Shown here piece after piece: positions 57,421 through 64,000 of a stretch of 64,000 nt of DNA. This DNA comes from a virus (taxonomy: Duplodnaviria > Caudoviricetes): IMG/VR virus record IMGVR_UViG_3300013947_000019, positions 32,001 through 96,000 of that record; one strand, given 5' to 3'. The notes below the pieces were generated by a model. It saw only the letters and a program-made list of their open reading frames with translations. It was not told where the DNA came from and made no database searches. Position 1 is the first letter of the stretch; each line of letters starts with the position of its first letter. Made by a program: the position numbers and the translations under genes.

Positions 57421-60039
57421 TTATACTTCATCCAGATCAATCTGGATATCAGTGACATTAAGTTGCTCAGGTACGAAACGATAGATAATATCTTTATTCG
57501 TAAACTCAGGTACAGTATATGTAAACTCCTGATAAGAAGCATCGAATTTATTTACGCCCATATATTTGATAGATTTCACTGAAGAATATTGTTCCTCAAT
57601 CAATGTACAGATATTGGACATATAGATGCTTGTATCAGTAATATATGTATCTCTGAGGTATTCATAAATAAACTGACGAATTTCATCAATATCGACATTC
57701 TTACCATAAATCTTAAAGTAGAATGTGGGATTCAGATCATTCAGATCTGCAGTGACTTCTTCGCCATCAATACTACGACCACCAGTGATGGTAATATATT
57801 TTGATCTACCATAGGTAGCTGTAAATTTCAAAGAAATATCAAAGTCTGTTGTTAATTTCAAAAGTGCACCATAAACTTCTCTGAAGTTCTCGAATGTATC
57901 ATACATATTACTGATATTTTTGATACCATATTCGTACTCAATCAGAGGAACTTCTGAAATATAGAAATTAACAACTCCTGATTCTTTCTTAGCAGTTACT
58001 GAAGAACTGGAGAACTTATTATATTCCAGTAAGAGATCATAAGGATATTCCGGTTTATTATAGAATCCACACATTAAAGCATAACCTTCAGTTGCAGATT
58101 TAGGAAGATAGGAAAATACTTGATCTGTTCTTTCATATTCTTCCCAAAGGTCATACTTATACATAAAGAATACTTCTAATGTAGCATCCTTAAAATCAAT
58201 TACACTACCATAATTCTTCTCAGTGCCATTCTGGTATAAACCGGTGGTGATATGAAGATAATCATCCTCAGTAACAAAATCGTTTGTCTTCATCTGCCCA
58301 CTAAAAGTAAAGGTACGAGATTCTTTATTATAAGAATCAATTGGCATCTTCATATAAGCTGCTGGAGCATTACCTTTACGGAAGATGATATAGCACATAA
58401 TAGCTTCTTTGTCTTTGATAGTACCATCTTTCTCAACAAGCTCATCATCGTTTGCAGTATTCATATTACCCTCAATGCTGAACTTATATACATTAGACTC
58501 AGTAGATGAATGTGCATTACGGAAAATATTTACTTCACGTGTAATAATCTGAAATGGAAAAATCGTATTCAGTAGTTTACCAGATAATAGAATATAATCA
58601 TTCACTGAAGTATAATAATAAGATGCAATATTATACTTATTCAGGAGAATCATGAAAGGTGAAGTAAAATAGAAAGTGTCTTCTTCATTTTCATCATGAG
58701 GAACTTTTACAATAAGATCTTCTGCTCCCTTTGTACCAGGGATCAACTTCCATTTATTGTAAGCATTGATAACTTTTCTGTCAAGTGTTTGATCATAATA
58801 GTCAAAGTCACCGATATTCCCAATATTACGAATACCAGTAATTTTAGCACGGACAGTATTTGCTGGTACAATCTCACTATTATAACGAAGAAGTGTATAC
58901 AGATAATATCTGCGATCCTCAATATCATTACGTTTCTTGATAATTTGCACATTGGCATCAATATCATTAATATATGTAATAATATCATGCTCTGTGGTAA
59001 TATTATCTCTTCGTGTCTTAGCATCAATTAATCGTGCTTTAATATCTTCGATAGAATCACCATCAGCAGCATCAACCGTGTCACTAAGCATAGTGATAAT
59101 TACATTGACACCAGAATAATTATAATTGCCATCTCGATAAAGACTAAATGTAGTATTATCATTTCCGATAGTGATCATACCATCTGAACCAAGAGTTTCA
59201 CGAATTTCACATTTGATCATCGTATTTGCACCGAGGTTCAGTTTTTGATTATTCATAATAAAAAGAATATTGGAATTATCATCATTATAATAAATATCAT
59301 TTGTAGTAGCATCACTTAAATAATGAGTTGTTCCAACTCTCGTATATGCATCACTTGTAGACTTTTTGTAGTATATATCAAATCCAGCAAGTTTGTTATC
59401 ATAATCAAATTCAATACCATCATACATGAACTGAATTTCATCTGTAACAATCTTCTCTTGAATATTATAAGAGAACTGATAGATCTGTACAACGAGCGTA
59501 ACCATTTCTTGTCCACGGTCATTCTCTTGCTCATACATTTGAATATATGAATCATAGGATGCATATTCTCCGCTATATGCAGCAGAGTATACAATACCAG
59601 TAGATCTTTGGGTTGCTCGAATAATGATATCATCCTCTAATGAGAAAGGAATACCATTATGCATAATGGTAGAACGTCGATCGACTGTAAATCGAATCTC
59701 ATTCTTACCATTACGTTCACCCTTATTCAAGATATCAGATTTTAGTATACCAATAATGGCGAATGCTCTACCAGGAGTAGCATAATCTACACCAATAGAA
59801 CGGATCTTTGCAGTCTGTCTAACACGAACTTCAGAGGTAGAAAGTTCTGGACAGTAATCTGCTGCACGCCGTTGTTCCAGCGTAACTGTATCTTCAATAG
59901 ATACCGCCATTGTCTCCGTAAGATAACCCAGAATAGATACACGGTTAGTATCTAATGTTTCTTCAGGGAAATATTTGGGGAGAATAACACCCACCAGATC
60001 ATTGAGGATGTCTTTGCGGTTGATTAATTTTCTGGCCAA
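57421..60039 (-). CDS. Baseplate wedge protein (gp6/baseplate-J-like)
   Basis: 872 aa; ETLGSDG...DGDSIEDIKARL...NITTEHDI resembles the gp6 GG..ES.E.I...RAVT.ED motif. Confidence 0.65.
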   Translation of the reverse strand: MARKLINRKDILNDLVGVILPKYFPEETLDTNRVSILGYLTETMAVSIEDTVTLEQRRAADYCPELSTSEVRVRQTAKIRSIGVDYATPGRAFAIIGILKSDILNKGERNGKNEIRFTVDRRSTIMHNGIPFSLEDDIIIRATQRSTGIVYSAAYSGEYASYDSYIQMYEQENDRGQEMVTLVVQIYQFSYNIQEKIVTDEIQFMYDGIEFDYDNKLAGFDIYYKKSTSDAYTRVGTTHYLSDATTNDIYYNDDNSNILFIMNNQKLNLGANTMIKCEIRETLGSDGMITIGNDNTTFSLYRDGNYNYSGVNVIITMLSDTVDAADGDSIEDIKARLIDAKTRRDNITTEHDIITYINDIDANVQIIKKRNDIEDRRYYLYTLLRYNSEIVPANTVRAKITGIRNIGNIGDFDYYDQTLDRKVINAYNKWKLIPGTKGAEDLIVKVPHDENEEDTFYFTSPFMILLNKYNIASYYYTSVNDYILLSGKLLNTIFPFQIITREVNIFRNAHSSTESNVYKFSIEGNMNTANDDELVEKDGTIKDKEAIMCYIIFRKGNAPAAYMKMPIDSYNKESRTFTFSGQMKTNDFVTEDDYLHITTGLYQNGTEKNYGSVIDFKDATLEVFFMYKYDLWEEYERTDQVFSYLPKSATEGYALMCGFYNKPEYPYDLLLEYNKFSSSSVTAKKESGVVNFYISEVPLIEYEYGIKNISNMYDTFENFREVYGALLKLTTDFDISLKFTATYGRSKYITITGGRSIDGEEVTADLNDLNPTFYFKIYGKNVDIDEIRQFIYEYLRDTYITDTSIYMSNICTLIEEQYSSVKSIKYMGVNKFDASYQEFTYTVPEFTNKDIIYRFVPEQLNVTDIQIDLDEV

Positions 60040-60057
60040 TTGTTTCTCACCTCTTTA

Positions 60058-61329
60058 TCACGTTCTACTAACGGTATTTGTTAATCTCTTTAATGGGTCC
60101 ATAACACCAGCAAGAGTTCCCTTAAATGCATTACTAAGGCTCTTTTGAATTTGATCAGGATCCATACCAAGATTTCTCATAGCATTGGCAGCTTGAATAT
60201 AATTATCAGAATAATTGATATTGGGATTCGTTTTATTCTCCCAAGTTAGATAATATTTTAAGCAACCTGTATTATCTCTATTCATAACGATATACGGATT
60301 CGTTGCCCATACATCACCTTTTACAAATGGTGTTTCTTTATTATTTTGCCAAACCTCATTACTTAATAGTGAAGGATGAGTCCACCCATTTGCCATCTTT
60401 TGTTGTATTGTATCATACGAATCACCTGACAATACGTTAATATCATTTAATACAGAAGGATCACAAGGATCAGATCGAATTGAATAAGCAAAATCAATAG
60501 ATACATTATCCTCAACGATCATCTGATCAGTAGTACTAAACATAGACCAGGGAACTCGAGTAGGAAATACGCCTGTTAGTTTTTCCCAATAAACAAGTTC
60601 TCTACCATCTCTACGTGTAACGAGATAGTAAAGAGAACCACAATAATCCAGAATAGCATTTCGTTGATAGTTCTCATCAGGAACAATCCAATCATTCTTT
60701 GACACATTGTAGATATAAGATACCCACAATTGCATCATTTTGAGAATACTTAAATATCTATCATTCCGGAACTCAAGTGTAAAAGATCCGGCGATCTTAT
60801 GATCTTCACTATGCTTGCCATAAATAATCTTATGACCAAAGAAAGTAAGACCTTTTTCAATCTGCTTTAATTCAGCGTCATTTACATTGAAGTTCTTTGA
60901 TCTTGTGGTAATCAACGGTAACCAGATATTAGAATTAGCACGACTGAGCTGATATAACATCATCTCACCATATTTATCATTTGCATAAGCTGCTGTCATA
61001 GCCATATTCTTCATTGTTTCCAGGTTTTGTTGGGAAGTATCTGTACCAGTATTCTTTCCCCAGATACCACCAGCGCCACTAGTTACATTTAAGTCAGGTC
61101 GAGACATAAGGATATATGCAATATATGGTTCAGTTGCATTATCCACATCGGGCAGTCTGCTGATATTGAAATACTGAATATTTTTATTTATATCAGCATA
61201 ACTATAACCGATACGTTCTCTATGAGCTTTTAAATCCGACATAAAAGTCGGATATGTAAAGGTAGATGTTGTCTTCTGCTCAGCAGGAATAGGGCCATCT
61301 TTGGGTTTTACCGGGTTCATTATTTTCAC
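60058..61329 (-). CDS. Tail-tube-fold / baseplate structural protein
   Basis: 423 aa; RPDLN, GSFTLEF.ND....I..MMQLW, YWEKLTGVFP..VP motifs; late promoter at 61370-61381. Confidence 0.6.
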   Translation of the reverse strand: MKIMNPVKPKDGPIPAEQKTTSTFTYPTFMSDLKAHRERIGYSYADINKNIQYFNISRLPDVDNATEPYIAYILMSRPDLNVTSGAGGIWGKNTGTDTSQQNLETMKNMAMTAAYANDKYGEMMLYQLSRANSNIWLPLITTRSKNFNVNDAELKQIEKGLTFFGHKIIYGKHSEDHKIAGSFTLEFRNDRYLSILKMMQLWVSYIYNVSKNDWIVPDENYQRNAILDYCGSLYYLVTRRDGRELVYWEKLTGVFPTRVPWSMFSTTDQMIVEDNVSIDFAYSIRSDPCDPSVLNDINVLSGDSYDTIQQKMANGWTHPSLLSNEVWQNNKETPFVKGDVWATNPYIVMNRDNTGCLKYYLTWENKTNPNINYSDNYIQAANAMRNLGMDPDQIQKSLSNAFKGTLAGVMDPLKRLTNTVSRT

Positions 61330-61369
61330 CTACTTTCCATAAGGGAGTAGCCTGTTGTTTATATTACAT

Positions 61370-61435
61370 TATAGTGATGTTTCTCATATATTTTCCTGCT
61401 ATTTATATTTTAATATGTATATAGACAGCTATATA
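61370..61435. promoter_or_regulatory. Divergent pair of late promoters
   Basis: AACATCACTATA (-, 61370-61381) and GACAGCTATATA (+, 61424-61435). Confidence 0.55.
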
Positions 61436-61449
61436 ATAAGTTTGAGGAG

Positions 61450-62115
61450 GTGTATCCAATGAGTTATGATATAGATCCTAAGTTTGGTAAATTGTATGAG
61501 CCTGTTATGAATCCATTTAATAATCCGAGTCCACCAATTCATTCTTTTATGGGTGGATTTTTAACAGGTGCCGCTATCGATGAAGATGTGAAAAACGGGC
61601 TTATTTCAATCGAACCATATGATCCTGCCAATCTGAATCCGAATTCATATAATCTTTCTATTGGAGATGTCATGCTTGAATGTGTGGGTAATGATTATCT
61701 TCATAATAGATATGATGAAAATAATCTTGACTATATGATCGATCTTAAGAATCCTATTAAATATCAGGAAGTGAAGATTCCAGAAGATGGTATTATTCTT
61801 AAACCTGGTAAGCTATATCTGATTGCTACAAAAGAGTATATTGGTTCAGATCACTATATTCCTATGATTACTGGCAGGTCTTCTCTTGGCAGAGCTGGAG
61901 TATCAGTGCATCAAGAAGCTGGGTTTGGTGATATTGGCTATCATGGCAAATGGACATTACAGGTAACAGTTACTCTTCCTACCAAGATCTATCCTAATAT
62001 GAAGATGGCACAGATGTATATGGTAGTTCCTTCTGGTAATACCAGTATTACCTATAACGGTAAATATCAGAATTCTACTGAAGCAAAAGGATCAGAAATA
62101 TCAAAGGACTTTTGA
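61450..62115 (+). CDS. dcd: dCTP deaminase family protein
   Basis: LNPNSYNLSIG, LKPGKLYLIATKE, GRSSLGRAG, AGFGDIGYHG, IYPNMKMAQM, YNGKYQ; ATG 61459 is the likely start. Confidence 0.9.
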   Translation: MYPMSYDIDPKFGKLYEPVMNPFNNPSPPIHSFMGGFLTGAAIDEDVKNGLISIEPYDPANLNPNSYNLSIGDVMLECVGNDYLHNRYDENNLDYMIDLKNPIKYQEVKIPEDGIILKPGKLYLIATKEYIGSDHYIPMITGRSSLGRAGVSVHQEAGFGDIGYHGKWTLQVTVTLPTKIYPNMKMAQMYMVVPSGNTSITYNGKYQNSTEAKGSEISKDF

Positions 62116-62128
62116 GCAAAATATTTTG

Positions 62129-62141
62129 AGATATATACTAT
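62129..62141 (+). promoter_or_regulatory. Early promoter
   Basis: AGATATATACTAT followed by a structured ~90-nt leader. Confidence 0.6.
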
Positions 62142-62235
62142 ATAAGTGAAAGCAGGGTTCATCACCTTGTAAAATTCGCCTACTCAACAAATGATAATTA
62201 CCGTAGGAATGAATTTTATTAAGGAGGTATACATT

Positions 62236-62661
62236 ATGTCTAATGTACACTACGATGAGCTTCCGACGGAGTTGATCTATCGGAAGAAGCCTGTTCTTAC
62301 TGTTGAAGAACAGCGAGAGAAACTTATGAGAAAAGTCAAGAAGGCCGATGTTGATCTGGTAGATCAAGTCAATCGACGGAATCGTTATGCACATGAGCTG
62401 CGTGATTTTAACAAAGCTTATGGATTCAAACCTGACCCCGAGAGTTCTATTGTAAGTTCTATTAAAAGAGAGAAAGTTGAGAAGAAAAGCATTCTAAAGA
62501 GTTTGCAGCTTCTCGGTCCCGATGGTTCTGATTTGCTTAGTTCATTTCAGAATCGAAGGGAACAATTCAAACAAGTGTTTGATGGTATTTCTCTGAAAGT
62601 GGATCCTTATAATAAAACTCTTAATGTCACTTTGAATACAAAAGACGTTCCTAAAGATTGA
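62236..62661 (+). CDS. Hypothetical early protein
   Basis: ORF track gives 62191..62661; SD AAGGAGGT supports ATG 62236. Confidence 0.7.
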   Translation: MSNVHYDELPTELIYRKKPVLTVEEQREKLMRKVKKADVDLVDQVNRRNRYAHELRDFNKAYGFKPDPESSIVSSIKREKVEKKSILKSLQLLGPDGSDLLSSFQNRREQFKQVFDGISLKVDPYNKTLNVTLNTKDVPKD

Positions 62662-62685
62662 TGCAGTCTTGATTTAAATAAAAGA

Positions 62686-62723
62686 AAGGAAACAGAGGGT
62701 TTTTCGCCCTCTGTTTCTTTTTT
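62686..62723 (+). terminator. Intrinsic terminator
   Basis: GAAACAGAGGG-TTTTTCG-CCCTCTGTTTC followed by TTTTTT. Confidence 0.85.
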
Positions 62724-62749
62724 ATGTTCAATCATTTTTTTATCATTTC

Positions 62750-62761
62750 AACATTGTAATA
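62750..62761 (+). promoter_or_regulatory. Late promoter
   Basis: AACATTGTAATA. Confidence 0.6.
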
Positions 62762-62806
62762 ATGCAGAATAACTGTAAAATCCTTTAAAGAAAGGAGTTG
62801 TTACAT

Positions 62807-64000
62807 GTGTTTAGTGAACTGACCGCTCTCTTATCTGGGCTTGACGTAGCTAAGAGCAGCGGTGGAAATAGTAAGAAGCTTGCAAAGACAATATTAAGGG
62901 GCAGCAATAGTAGAATTGGTTCTATTAGCGCATATAGTTCTAATTCTATTTTTTACTTCCCTACCATTGTTTCTGATCAAATGATGCCGTCTGAGCAGCA
63001 GATGATTATTCGTATGATCGAAAAGAACTATGCATCTTTCGTTATCGCTTGTATCAATCTGATGCCGGTTCATCATGTTAAAGCTGATGATGCTTCAGCT
63101 ATTACTGATTATCTGCGTAAGTTCCATCAGAATATGGGAATGAAGTATGTTGATCCTAATTTCACTGCTAAGCTGAATGTAGAGTTCAACAGAGCTCTTG
63201 GTGAAGCTGCAAATGTTACCGAACAGGATTTCAACGACTTCCAGGATTTCCTGTATGAATGCTGGCAGAAATCTAAGGCTACTAATACTGACTTTATCAA
63301 GATCGTTTCTGAGACTATTTCCATTAACGACATGTTTAACAAAGATCCATTAGATCCTCGTACTAGGATTCTTCAGGAACAGTTCAATCGTCAGCTGGAA
63401 GAGATGGAGGAGTGGGGATTCCTTGGTGAAGCCACTGCTGACATGTTTGATGATGATATGGAACTGACTGATGAAGATTTGGCTGATCTGGATGAAGAAG
63501 ATCCTGATGATGAGGACGAAGATCCTGAACTGTCTAAGATGATTGATCAGATGCTTGGTGAGAATGCTACTATGAATGAAGGCAATGTCCATCAGGCTAT
63601 CAATTCGATCAAGTTTTCGTTGGAATCTGTCTCTGAGAATAAGATTCTTTCTTGCCAATCTCTTACTAAGCTGAATGGTTTGGAAGGTAGACTGAAGAAA
63701 CTGAAGGGGAAGTATGCTAAATATCTGAATAGATATAAGGCTAAGGTTAAAGAGAATAAGGATAATGGGACGAAGAAGTCCCTTGCTATTCGCTTTAATA
63801 ATGCAATGATCTCTAATCCTAAGGCTTTTATGCAGCAGTATGGTGAATATATCAAGATCATTAATCGCAGATTGAAATTGATTGAAAAACGTCGTGCTGA
63901 ACTTCGTAAGCGTAAAGGCCTGTCTGAATCTGTTGGTGAAGTTAATCCTTTAACTGATATCACTAAGATGGATTTCGATGCAGTTGATTATTGCATTCGC
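62807..64000 (+). CDS. Putative virion structural protein, 3'-truncated (not in the ORF track)
   Basis: SD AAAGGAG + GTG start; reads MFSELTALLSG...SISAYSSNSIFYFPTIVS..., apparently open to the window end; late promoter upstream. Confidence 0.7.
   Translation, partial: MFSELTALLSGLDVAKSSGGNSKKLAKTILRGSNSRIGSISAYSSNSIFYFPTIVSDQMMPSEQQMIIRMIEKNYASFVIACINLMPVHHVKADDASAITDYLRKFHQNMGMKYVDPNFTAKLNVEFNRALGEAANVTEQDFNDFQDFLYECWQKSKATNTDFIKIVSETISINDMFNKDPLDPRTRILQEQFNRQLEEMEEWGFLGEATADMFDDDMELTDEDLADLDEEDPDDEDEDPELSKMIDQMLGENATMNEGNVHQAINSIKFSLESVSENKILSCQSLTKLNGLEGRLKKLKGKYAKYLNRYKAKVKENKDNGTKKSLAIRFNNAMISNPKAFMQQYGEYIKIINRRLKLIEKRRAELRKRKGLSESVGEVNPLTDITKMDFDAVDYCIR

Noticed and set aside
1-64000. 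Phage-nucleus (chimallin/PhuZ) or defence-system genes
   Set aside because: No recognisable candidates here, so a nuclear-import role for the shared motif is not supported by this window.

Overview
A 64-kb segment of an AT-rich jumbo myophage of the AR9/PBS1 type with a Firmicutes host (a gut clostridial host is inferred from codon usage, strong SD sites and tail-fibre motifs). It encodes two subunits of a phage multisubunit RNA polymerase (beta, and a beta' middle/C-terminal fragment), NrdD/NrdG, RNase H, a PolB-palm-like protein, RusA, a dCTP deaminase, a kinase-like protein, a holin pair, tail fibres, baseplate/tail proteins and a 3114-aa tape-measure-like protein with three C-terminal hydrolase domains. 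nrdD and RNAP beta are each split by a group I intron carrying an HNH endonuclease; splice junctions can be read from P1 pairing. AR9-type early (AAATATATATTAT-like) and late (RACA-N6-TR) promoters occur throughout. Two unexplained signals stand out. (1) A short linear motif, [RF]-[DN]-x-[DENR]-G-F-[ILT]-x-[LM]-[IVKR], sits at termini or linkers of seven unrelated proteins, including RNase H, the PolB-like protein and an intron endonuclease, suggesting a shared docking or targeting tag. (2) Non-coding regions behind late promoters would produce RNAs antisense to ribosome-binding-site/start-codon units, one with a perfect 22-nt match to the start of an early gene, suggesting a late anti-RBS sRNA system. 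All calls are by eye; no searches were run.
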